Of a DNA stretch of 32,892 nucleotides, positions 25,028 to 32,153 are shown in pieces. A program made the translations under genes and the position numbers. The number at the start of each line of letters is the position of its first letter. Positions within the stretch are counted from its first letter, which is position 1. The DNA is from Miltoncostaeaceae bacterium (GTDB taxonomy: Bacteria; Actinomycetota; Thermoleophilia; Miltoncostaeales; Miltoncostaeaceae). The stretch covers positions 1 through 32,892 of the forward strand of contig JAWVEW010000250.1 in the NCBI GenBank assembly GCA_033856495.1, given 5' to 3'. The notes under the pieces were generated by a model, which was not told where the DNA came from, did no database searches, and saw only the letters and a program-made list of their open reading frames with translations.

Positions 25028-25057
25028 ATTCTAAGGTCCGCCCATGAGGGCTGACAA
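25028..25057 (-). promoter_or_regulatory. candidate promoter of mihF giving a (near-)leaderless mRNA
   Basis: Minus strand: TTGTCA (25057-25052), an 18-nt spacer, then TAGAAT (25033-25028). Only 9 nt separate the -10 box from the ATG at 25018, and there is no SD. The region is unusually AT-rich for this window. Confidence 0.45.
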
Positions 25058-25274
25058 GCGGTACACGCGGGATTCAAACACTCTAATCGATCGCTCTTTG
25101 CAGGCAAAAAAGTTTCGCTTCGGGCGCTAACCCTGAGCCTCGACTTGAGCATGACGGGCGCACGACGTGAAACGGCGCCGCGCTTCGGAGGCCGTGGAAG
25201 CGGCGCTGGAAGCGGGCCGGAGGCAACCCCGGAGGCGGCCGGCGAGGCGGATCTCGACGCCGCCTCAAGGGCGC

Positions 25275-25646
25275 CTACCACCCCACCGCCACGAGGGCGA
25301 CCGCGCACACCAGGTGATCCCGATCGTCCTGGAACAGGTTTCCGTTGGGGGCGCGAAGGCCGCCGGCCACCGCGCGGACGCTGACCTGGCCATAGGGGAA
25401 CTCGGCAGCTACGGCCGCCGCGTCCACCTCCTCGGGGCGCGGCACGGCGACCGTCGCCTCCACGCGCATCGCCGCGAGGTCGCCGCCCGGCACGAGCGCG
25501 CGCATGCCGGGCAGCGAGGTGCGGCCGATCGCCTCACGGACCGCCCGGCGGGCGGCCTTGGTTTGGTCCTCGCCATGCAGGTCCACGCCGAGGCCCATCT
25601 CCAGGAAGGCCGGGAAGACCCCCGCCGGCCCGGTGCCGGCGGGCAT
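25275..25646 (-). CDS. Lin0512-family-like small conserved protein (function unknown)
   Basis: 123 aa. FLEMGLGVDLHGEDQTKAARRAVREAI...LPG... resembles the E-M-G-M-G-x-D-x-H-G-Q-D...KAA..A..DAI pattern I associate with the Lin0512 (TIGR02058) family. This is from memory, not searched. The start overlaps the upstream stop (TGATG). Confidence 0.6.
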   Translation of the reverse strand: MPAGTGPAGVFPAFLEMGLGVDLHGEDQTKAARRAVREAIGRTSLPGMRALVPGGDLAAMRVEATVAVPRPEEVDAAAVAAEFPYGQVSVRAVAGGLRAPNGNLFQDDRDHLVCAVALVAVGW

Positions 25647-26224
25647 CAGCGGACCAGCCGCGAGATGGTCTTGAACTCCGGCGACCCCGCCTCCTCGAGC
25701 ATCTCGAACAGCGCCATCTCGGCGCTCGTGACCATCGCCCCGGCCGCGCGCATCTTCTCGAGCCCGAGCGACCGGTTCGCGGCGGTCCGCGACGACACGG
25801 CGTCGGCGGCCACGTGCACCTCGTGTCCGCGCGCCAGCAGGTCGAGCACGGTCTGGTTGACGCAGACGTGCGCCTCGATCCCGCAGACCAGCCAGGCCCG
25901 GCAGCCGAGCGCGTCGAGGGCGCTGTCGAAGTCCCCGACGCCGCAGGCGGAGAAGCGCACCTTCTCGACCGTCGCGGTGCCCTCCGAGAGGCGGTCGGCG
26001 ATCTCCGGCACGGTGTGCCCCAGCCCCTTCGGATACTGCTCCGTGGCGATCACCGGCCGGCCGAGGGCGCCGAAGCCCTCCGCCAGCAGGCCGACGTTCG
26101 CCGCCATCGCCTCGAAGCCGTCGATCACCGGGCGAAAGCCCTCCTGGACGTCGACGATGACGAGTCCCGTCTCCTCCCGGCGCAGCAGCGCCGGGTGCCG
26201 CGTGGGGGCCGCTACGTCCGCCAT
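25646..26224 (-). CDS. isochorismatase-family cysteine hydrolase
   Basis: 192 aa. LVIVDVQEGF (catalytic Asp region), a conserved Lys region (..EQYPKGLG..) and the nucleophile Cys in CGIEAHVCVNQTVLDL. The start overlaps the pyrC 3' end by 13 nt. Confidence 0.88.
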   Translation of the reverse strand: MADVAAPTRHPALLRREETGLVIVDVQEGFRPVIDGFEAMAANVGLLAEGFGALGRPVIATEQYPKGLGHTVPEIADRLSEGTATVEKVRFSACGVGDFDSALDALGCRAWLVCGIEAHVCVNQTVLDLLARGHEVHVAADAVSSRTAANRSLGLEKMRAAGAMVTSAEMALFEMLEEAGSPEFKTISRLVR

Positions 26225-27510
26225 GCGATCTGCCCTCCTGCGATCGTGAGCCGCACCTGCCCGACGAGCTCCTCGCCGAGGAAGGCGCAGTTCGTGGACT
26301 TGCTCTGGAAGCGCCGCTCGCCGACCCGCGTCCGGGCGGCGGGGTCGACCAGGACGACGTCGGCCACCGCCCCCGCGGCGAGCGTCGGCACCGGCAGCCC
26401 GAGCGCCGCGCTCGGGTCCGTGCTCATCCGCCGCACCAGCGTCTCCAGCGGCAGCAGCCCCGGCAGCACGAGGTGGGTGTGGCAGGCCGCGAAGGCGGTC
26501 TCGAGCCCGATCACCCCGAAGGGCGCCTCCTCGAAGGGCGCCTCCTTCTCCTGCGGCGCGTGAGGCGCATGGTCCGTCGCCACGCAGTCGAGCGTCCCGT
26601 CGCGCAGGCCCTCGATCAGCGCCTCGCGGTCGCGCGCCGAGCGAAGCGGCGGGTTCATCTTGTAGCGGGCCGGGTCGAGCTCTGCGACGGCTTCGTCGGT
26701 GAGCGCCAGGTGGTGCGGGGTCACCTCGGCGGTCAGCCGCACGCCCCGCGCCTTGGCGTGGCGGACCTCGTCCACCGTCTCGGCCGCCGACACGTGGCAG
26801 ACGTGGATACGGGCGTCCTCGTATGCGGCCAGCGCGGCGTCCCGGGCGACCATCACGCTCTCGGAGATCGACGGGATGGGCGACAGTCCGATGCGGCTGG
26901 AGACGACGCCCTCGTGCATCACGCCGTCGCCCGAGAGGCTCGGCTCCTCCTCGTGGAGGACCAGCGGCAGGCGCGCGACGCGCTGATACTGCATCGCCCG
27001 GCGCAGGACGCCGGCGTCCACCACCGGCCGCCCGTCGTCCGAGAAGCCGGCGGCCCCCATGTCGGCGAGCTCGCCCTGCTCGGTCATCTGCCGGCCGTCC
27101 TGGCCCATCGTGATGGCGGCGTAGAAGCCCACCCTGACGACCGCGTCCCGGGCGCCGGCCTCCAGCAGCGATCCGAGCACCGCGGCCGAGTCCACCACCG
27201 GCCGGGTGTTCGGCATGGCCAGGATCGCGACGAAGCCCCCGGCGGCGGCGGCGCGGCTGCCGCTGGAGATGTCCTCCGTGTCCTCCCGCCCCGGGGTGCG
27301 CAGGTGCACGTGCGGGTCGACGAAGCCGGGAAGGGCCACGAGCCCGCGCGCGTCGATCGCCTCGAGCCCGGCCGGGTCGCCGCCCACCCGGCCGTCGCGG
27401 ATCACGAGGTCGCCGACGTGGTCGATCCCCGCGGCGGGATCGAGGATGCGGGCGCCCCGGATGACCAGGGACGCCGCCGGTCCGGGCCGCTGCACGAGCC
27501 GTGCGCTCAC
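26212..27510 (-). CDS. pyrC: dihydroorotase
   Basis: 432 aa from GTG 27510, which overlaps the pyrB stop as GTGA. Motifs PGFVDPHVHLRTPG, AMPNT, HVCHVS, ATDHAPH. The upstream part of track ORF 26212..28476 is out of frame over pyrB and was discarded. Confidence 0.93.
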   Translation of the reverse strand: MSARLVQRPGPAASLVIRGARILDPAAGIDHVGDLVIRDGRVGGDPAGLEAIDARGLVALPGFVDPHVHLRTPGREDTEDISSGSRAAAAGGFVAILAMPNTRPVVDSAAVLGSLLEAGARDAVVRVGFYAAITMGQDGRQMTEQGELADMGAAGFSDDGRPVVDAGVLRRAMQYQRVARLPLVLHEEEPSLSGDGVMHEGVVSSRIGLSPIPSISESVMVARDAALAAYEDARIHVCHVSAAETVDEVRHAKARGVRLTAEVTPHHLALTDEAVAELDPARYKMNPPLRSARDREALIEGLRDGTLDCVATDHAPHAPQEKEAPFEEAPFGVIGLETAFAACHTHLVLPGLLPLETLVRRMSTDPSAALGLPVPTLAAGAVADVVLVDPAARTRVGERRFQSKSTNCAFLGEELVGQVRLTIAGGQIAWRT

Positions 27511-28472
27511 CTGGCGACTCCGACCACGAGCGGCTCGCGTACGTCGTCGGTCGCGGCCGCGCCGGCGGGCTCGGCGAGCAGGTCGTACAGGATCGCCATG
27601 CGCACGACCAGCCCGTTGGCGGCCTGGTTGATGATCAGCGTGGACGGGTCGTCGGCCACCGCCCCGGAGATCTCGACGCCGCGGTTGATCGGCCCCGCGT
27701 GCATCACGCGCTGGCCCGGCCGCAGGCGCTCGTGGCCGATGCCGTAGCGCGCCGCGTACTCGCGCAGGGACGGGACGAAGCCGCCCTCGCCCATCCGCTC
27801 GTGCTGCATCCTCAGCACGTAGACGACGTCGGCCGCCGCCACGTCGGCGATGTCCGTCGAGACCGAGACGCCCAGCGCCTCCTCGGCATGGCGGGGCAGC
27901 AGCGCCGGCGGCCCGATCAGCATCACGTGGGCGCCCATCGCGCGGAATCCCGCGATGGCCGAGCGGGCGACCCGGGAGTGGGCCACGTCGCCGACGAAGG
28001 CCACGTGGAGGCCGTCGATCGGCCCCACCTCCCGCTCGATCGTGTAGAGGTCGAGCAGCGCCTGGCTCGGGTGCTCGCCCGTGCCGTCGCCGGCGTTCAG
28101 CACCGCCGCCTGCGTGAAGCGGCTGGCGAGCCGGCAGGCCCCCACCCCCGAGTGCCGGATGACGAACACGTCCGGCTGGTAGGCGTTCAGGGTCAGGATC
28201 GTGTCCTTGAGGCTCTCGCCCTTCTCGACGCTGGAGCCGGCGCCCTTGATCGTGACCACGTCCGCCGACAGGCGCTTGGCCGCCAGCTCGAAGGAGGTGG
28301 AGGTGCGCGTGGAGGGCTCGAAGAACATGTTGATGACGGTGCGCCCGCGGAGGGTCGGCACCTTCTTGATGTCGCGGTCGGCCACCTCGGCGAAGCGGTT
28401 GGCCGTGCGCAGGATGCGGGCGATGCCGGCGCGGTCCAGATCCGCCATGGCCACCAGCGAGCGTCGGTTCAC
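27507..28472 (-). CDS. pyrB: aspartate carbamoyltransferase catalytic subunit
   Basis: 321 aa. FFEPSTRTSTSFELA, RHSG, HPSQALLD, HAGPINRGVEI. GTG start immediately after the pyrR stop. Confidence 0.95.
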   Translation of the reverse strand: MNRRSLVAMADLDRAGIARILRTANRFAEVADRDIKKVPTLRGRTVINMFFEPSTRTSTSFELAAKRLSADVVTIKGAGSSVEKGESLKDTILTLNAYQPDVFVIRHSGVGACRLASRFTQAAVLNAGDGTGEHPSQALLDLYTIEREVGPIDGLHVAFVGDVAHSRVARSAIAGFRAMGAHVMLIGPPALLPRHAEEALGVSVSTDIADVAAADVVYVLRMQHERMGEGGFVPSLREYAARYGIGHERLRPGQRVMHAGPINRGVEISGAVADDPSTLIINQAANGLVVRMAILYDLLAEPAGAAATDDVREPLVVGVAR

Positions 28473-29030
28473 TCACGCCCTCCCGTCGTCGTCTTCCAGC
28501 ACGATCTCGTCGACGCCGTCGACCTCCGCGAGGTGGACGGCGACGCGCTCATTGCGGGCGGTGGGCAGGTTGCGGCCCACGTAGTCGGGACGGATCGGCA
28601 GCTCCCGGTGGCCCCGGTCCACCAGCACCGCGAGCTGGACCAGCGGCGGCCGGCCGTAGTCGAGCAGGGCGTCGATGGCGGCGCGGATCGTGCGCCCCGT
28701 GAAGAGCACGTCGTCCACGAGAACGATCGTCCGCTCTCCGATCGGGAAGTCGAGGACGGTGTCGCCGACGACCGGGATGGAGGCGCGCCGGGAGCCGCCG
28801 ACCCCGACGTCGTCCCGGTAGAGCGCGATGTCCACGCTCCCGAGCGCGGGCTCGTGCCCGGCGAACTGGCCGATCAGCGCGGCCAGGCGCCGTGCCAGCG
28901 GAACGCCGCGGGTGTGGATGCCGACGAGGGCGATGGCCTCCGGGTCGGCGTGGCGCTCCACGATCTCGTGTGCGATCCGCGCGACCGTGCGGCGCAGCTG
29001 ATCGGCGTCGACCAGCTGCCTGGCGGCCAC
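28473..29030 (-). CDS. pyrR: bifunctional pyr operon regulator / uracil phosphoribosyltransferase PyrR
   Basis: 185 aa. ..RIAHEIVERH.....ALVGIHTRGVPLARRLA...., DIALYRDD, VLVDDVLFTGRTIRAAIDAL are typical PyrR/PRTase motifs. Confidence 0.93.
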   Translation of the reverse strand: MAARQLVDADQLRRTVARIAHEIVERHADPEAIALVGIHTRGVPLARRLAALIGQFAGHEPALGSVDIALYRDDVGVGGSRRASIPVVGDTVLDFPIGERTIVLVDDVLFTGRTIRAAIDALLDYGRPPLVQLAVLVDRGHRELPIRPDYVGRNLPTARNERVAVHLAEVDGVDEIVLEDDDGRA

Positions 29031-29040
29031 CGGGGCCGCC

Positions 29041-29088
29041 CTAGGAGGGCGCAGGGGCGGGCGGGTGGTGTCCGGCGGTACCGTTCAT
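29041..29088 (-). CDS. candidate 15-codon leader ORF (MNGTAGHHPPAPAPS) of the pyr operon
   Basis: ATG 29088 is preceded at 5 nt by GGAAGGGAG, the strongest SD in the leader. The TAG stop at 29043-29041 lies 10 nt upstream of the pyrR GTG (29030), which itself has only a weak SD. Below the ORF-track size cutoff. Inferred from position only. Confidence 0.3.
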   Translation of the reverse strand: MNGTAGHHPPAPAPS

Positions 29089-29126
29089 TGGCGCTCCCTT
29101 CCGGCCTCGCGGGACCGAGTTAAAGG
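29089..29126 (-). promoter_or_regulatory. PyrR-binding RNA element (pyr leader)
   Basis: The minus-strand RNA CCUUUAACUCGGUCCCGCGAGGCCGGAAGGGAG matches the PyrR binding-loop consensus as I recall it (UUUAA..GUCC(A/C)G(A/U/C)GAGGC...AAGG). Lower stem is CCUU/AAGG, upper stem CGG/CCG, loop UCCCGCGAGG. The 3' arm contains the SD of the leader ORF. Confidence 0.6.
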
Positions 29127-30139
29127 TCGTCGCCGGGTACCCTAGCAGGCGTTTCGGCCGGCTCTCGCGGGCCGGCGGCGGTGTGGGCGACGATCACCGG
29201 CTCGGCGACCGCCGGCAGGACGCGCGGCTCCCCCCGCTCCGGGAAGGGGATCTGCACCTGGTCGAAGTCGCGCGGAACCCAGGCTCCGGGGAACTCGCGG
29301 CGCGCCTCCCGGCGCACGTCGCGCGGGTGGGAGCGGCTCGAGAGGTGCGTCAGGGCGAGCAGCTGGACGTCCGCGGCGCGGGCGACGGCCCCCGCCTCGA
29401 CCGCGGTGCTGTGGCGGGTGTCGGCGGCCCGCTGGGCCTCCTCGCTCAGGAAGGTGGCCTCGTGCACGAGCAGGCAGGCGCCCCGCGCCGCCTCGACCGT
29501 CGCCTCGCAGGGGCGGGTGTCGCCGGTGACGACCAGCCGCCGGCCGGGCCTCGGCGGTCCCAGCACCTCGGCCGGCCGCACCACCCGGCCCGAGGGCAGG
29601 GCGACCTCTTCGCCGCGCTGGAGGCGGCCGAAGAGCGGACCCTCCGGCACGCCCGCGGCGAGCGCCGCCGCGACGTCGAACTGCCCCGGGCGGTCCTCCT
29701 CCAGCAGCGCGAAGCCCAGCGAGGGGACCGAGTGCTCGGTCGGGAACGCCTCCAGGCGCGCGCCCTCCCCCCGCCAGACGAGGCCCGGCCCCCGCTCGTC
29801 GAGCTCCAGCGGGAAGGGCAGCCTCCCCACCCGCAGGCGGTCGACGAAGCCGGTCAGCCCGGCCGGTCCCGAGATGCCCAGGGGCCGCGTCCGCCCCTGG
29901 AGGGCGTACGTCTTCAGGAGCCCCGGCAGGCCGTAGACGTGGTCGCCGTGGAAGTGGGTCAGCAGCACCAGGTCGAGGTCGACGAGGCCCAGGCCCGAGC
30001 GCAGCAGCTGGCGCTGGGTGCCCTCGCCGCAGTCGATCAGCCAGCGGGCGCCGCCACGGGCGACCAGCGTGGCCGCGGTGCCGCGGGTCGCGCTGGGGAT
30101 CGAGGCGGCGGTGCCGAGGAAGGTGACGAAGAGGTCCAT
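29120..30139 (-). CDS. rnz: ribonuclease Z (MBL-fold tRNA 3' endonuclease)
   Basis: 339 aa. MDLFVTFLGTAASIPS..R, the HFHGDH motif, GDTRP, HEATF, THLSSR. Its TAA stop (29122-29120) is inside the UUUAA of the PyrR element. Confidence 0.88.
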   Translation of the reverse strand: MDLFVTFLGTAASIPSATRGTAATLVARGGARWLIDCGEGTQRQLLRSGLGLVDLDLVLLTHFHGDHVYGLPGLLKTYALQGRTRPLGISGPAGLTGFVDRLRVGRLPFPLELDERGPGLVWRGEGARLEAFPTEHSVPSLGFALLEEDRPGQFDVAAALAAGVPEGPLFGRLQRGEEVALPSGRVVRPAEVLGPPRPGRRLVVTGDTRPCEATVEAARGACLLVHEATFLSEEAQRAADTRHSTAVEAGAVARAADVQLLALTHLSSRSHPRDVRREARREFPGAWVPRDFDQVQIPFPERGEPRVLPAVAEPVIVAHTAAGPREPAETPARVPGDDL

Positions 30140-30188
30140 GGATTTCGGGTCCCGGCGGCAAGTCTGTCACGGCGCGTCCGAGGGGACT

Positions 30189-30211
30189 GGCCGGGGGACC
30201 GGCCCCCGGCC
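30189..30211 (-). terminator. GC hairpin directly after the phosphoesterase stop (possible U-less terminator)
   Basis: GGCCGGGGG-ACCGG-CCCCCGGCC. A 9-bp perfect stem starting 1 nt after the stop at 30213. No U tract. Confidence 0.3.
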
Positions 30212-30212
30212 G

Positions 30213-30746
30213 CTATCGGCGCACCAGCTCCGCCCGCAGCGGGCCGATCGGGTCGTCGACCGCCAGGAAGCCGACCGCGGCCCGGCCGCCGGCGCCGACG
30301 GCGATCTCGGCCATCGAGTGGCGCGGCTGCCGGCGTCGGTCGGTCGGGCTGCCGGGGTTGAGGATGAAGAAGCCGTCGTCGGCGATCTGGTGGAGCGGGA
30401 TGTGCGAGTGGCCGAACACCACGGCCCCGGCATCCGGGAAGCGTCGCCGCATCCGCTCCAGCCGGCCCCGCTCCGGACCGCCGTCGTGCACCACCGCCAG
30501 GCGCAGCCCCGCCGCGTCCACCATCGCCGTGGCGGGGAGCCGCGCGCGCACCGCGGCGTCGTCGGCGTTGCCGTGCACCGCGACCAGCGGCCGCCCCAGG
30601 GAGCCGAGGAGCGTCAGGGTGTCGAGATCGGCCAGGTCGCCGGCGTGCACGATCAGGTCCGCCCGGGACAGCGCCTCCCAGCAGGCCTGCGGCAGGGTCG
30701 AACCCCGGCGGGGCAAGTGGGTGTCGGAGAGGACCGCGACGCGCAT
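30213..30746 (-). CDS. metallophosphoesterase, YfcE/MJ0936-like
   Basis: 177 aa from ATG 30746. MRVAVLSDTHLP, HAGDL, GNAD, GHSH are the calcineurin-like phosphoesterase motifs. The longer track ORF to 31058 runs across the tRNA gene and was rejected. Confidence 0.88.
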   Translation of the reverse strand: MRVAVLSDTHLPRRGSTLPQACWEALSRADLIVHAGDLADLDTLTLLGSLGRPLVAVHGNADDAAVRARLPATAMVDAAGLRLAVVHDGGPERGRLERMRRRFPDAGAVVFGHSHIPLHQIADDGFFILNPGSPTDRRRQPRHSMAEIAVGAGGRAAVGFLAVDDPIGPLRAELVRR

Positions 30747-30806
30747 CGGAGCATGGTGCCAGGCGCTGCGGCGCGCGAGCGGGCCTTCGGTACACTCGGA
30801 CCGCAC

Positions 30807-30879
30807 GCGCGCGTAGCTCAGTGGATAGAGCGCTGGCCTCCGGAGCCAGAGGTCGCAGGTTCGAATCCTGCCGCGCGCG
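30807..30879 (+). tRNA. tRNA-Arg (anticodon CCG)
   Basis: Cloverleaf read by hand. Acceptor GCGCGCG/CGCGCGC, D arm GCTC-AGTGGATA-GAGC, anticodon arm CTGGC-CTCCGGA-GCCAG (anticodon CCG), variable AGGTC, T arm GCAGG-TTCGAAT-CCTGC, discriminator G. The 3' CCA is not encoded (followed by CCT). Confidence 0.93.
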
Positions 30880-31187
30880 CCTCGGTTCATCGCGTGCCCG
30901 CCGCGGTGGCCCGGCGTGCGACGCGCGACGCTTGCCGGGCGCCCCGAGGGGGCAATGAGGGCGACGAGGACGAGCCCCGTGGGTGACTGACGAGGCGCGT
31001 GCACGCGCCGGCGGGACGCCCACCGAGAGCAGTTCGCGGCTGTCCGGACCGTCTGCATCGTCAGAGGCCGTCCTCACCTAGCGCCGGCAGTCGGCTGTCC
31101 TGGGAGGGGGACGAAGGAGGGTCCGGCCGCCCGACCCTCCGCCGTCCTCGAGCGCCCTCAGCGGCCGGCAGCAAGATCGGACACGGA

Positions 31188-31564
31188 ATGAGCCAGGAAA
31201 GCACGGCCCGCGGGGAGGGCGGAACGATGCTCGCGGCGGTCACGCGCGGGATCGTGAAGCTGCACGCCGCCCACTACGGGAAGGGCCCGACCAGGGCCCG
31301 CTCGTACATGACCGGCGACGCCCTCTTCTGCCTGATGGAGGACACCCTCACGCCGGCCGAGCGAACGCTCGTCGAGCGTGGCACGGGCGAGGCGGTGCAC
31401 GAATGCGCCGGGCCTTCCGGGATTCCATGGCCGCCGAGTTCACCGCCCTGGTGGAGGCCCACACCGGCCGGCGCGTGCGGGCGTTCATGAGCCAGGTCCA
31501 CCTGGAGCCGGGCGCGGACGTGGAGATCTTCGTCCTCGAGCCTGCAGCCGGGACCCCCGACTGA
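31188..31564 (+). pseudogene. DUF2294 (MpsC-like) protein gene with a 1-nt frame disruption near 31403
   Basis: Frame A (from ATG 31188) encodes ..IVKLHAAHYGKGPTRARSYMTGDALFCLMEDTLTPAERTLVERGTGEAVHE. The -1 frame continues with MRRAFRDSMAAEFTALVEAHTGRRVRAFMSQVHLEPGADVEIFVLEP.. and reaches TGA at 31562-31564. Together they form a full-length DUF2294-type sequence as I recall the family. Confidence 0.7.
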
Positions 31565-31653
31565 GCGCAGGTTCGCCCGCCGTCGTTCGACGGACCGTCG
31601 AGTGGGTACCAGCCTCGTCGAGGGGCACGCGCGGCTGCCGACATTGGAACGAG

Positions 31654-32046
31654 GTGGAGCGCCACACCGCCATCGATCTGCGCCTGGAGGCCGTGGTGGA
31701 CGCGCCGGGCAGGGCCCGCCAGCGGCTGCGGGAGCTCGACGGCGAGCTGTCCCGCGCCCGGGCGGACGAGGTGCGGCTGCTGGTCAGCGAGCTCGTGACA
31801 AACGCGGTCATGCACGCCGGACCCGGCGGGGAGATCCGCCTGCGCGTGGAGCTCGCACCCGATCGGGTGAGGGTCGAGGTACGCGATCGGGGCCGGGGCT
31901 TTCGATCTGCCCGGCCGCCCCCGCCCCCGCCGCCCGGGCAACCGCACGGCCGCGGGCTCCACATGGTGGACCAGGTCGCCGAGCGCTGGGGAAACGCGCG
32001 TACGGACGAGGGGCACTGCGTCTGGTTCGAGCTGGGCCGGCGCTAG
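31654..32046 (+). CDS. ATP-binding protein of the RsbW/SpoIIAB anti-sigma-factor kinase type (HATPase_c-like)
   Basis: C-terminal 130 codons of track ORF 31378..32046. ..ARADEVRLLVSELVTNAVMHAG..GEIRLRVEL..DRVRVEVRDRG.........GRGLHMVDQVAERWG....EGHCVWFEL is the standard pattern of these small kinases. It has an unusual poly-Pro insert ([11 protein letters not shown]). The GTG 31654 start is tentative. Confidence 0.7.
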   Translation: MERHTAIDLRLEAVVDAPGRARQRLRELDGELSRARADEVRLLVSELVTNAVMHAGPGGEIRLRVELAPDRVRVEVRDRGRGFRSARPPPPPPPGQPHGRGLHMVDQVAERWGNARTDEGHCVWFELGRR

Positions 32047-32071
32047 AAGACCGCTGATAAAGCCGGCCCAT

Positions 32072-32095
32072 GGCGCGCGTCCAACGACGCGTGCC
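32072..32095 (+). terminator. strong hairpin downstream of the ATP-binding protein gene
   Basis: GGCGCGCGTC-CAAC-GACGCGTGCC. A 10-bp stem with one G-T pair valid on the plus strand. It is preceded by a 9-bp inverted repeat TGGGCCGGC/GCCGGCCCA (32033-32041 with 32062-32070) that spans the stop codon. No U tract. It could alternatively belong to the IS end. Confidence 0.3.
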
Positions 32096-32153
32096 GTCCG
32101 GGGTCGGCTCTATACTTTCTCCTGCAAGCAGCCGCTTTTCGGGGAGGTCCAGG

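Noticed and set aside
27511-28476. N-terminal 322 residues of track ORF 26212..28476
   Set aside because: It runs through pyrB in another frame. pyrC starts at GTG 27510, overlapping the pyrB stop (GTGA), and the dihydroorotase homology begins there.
30747-31058. N-terminal extension of track ORF 30213..31058
   Set aside because: It crosses the tRNA-Arg gene on the opposite strand. The phosphoesterase motif MRVAVLSDTH begins at ATG 30746.
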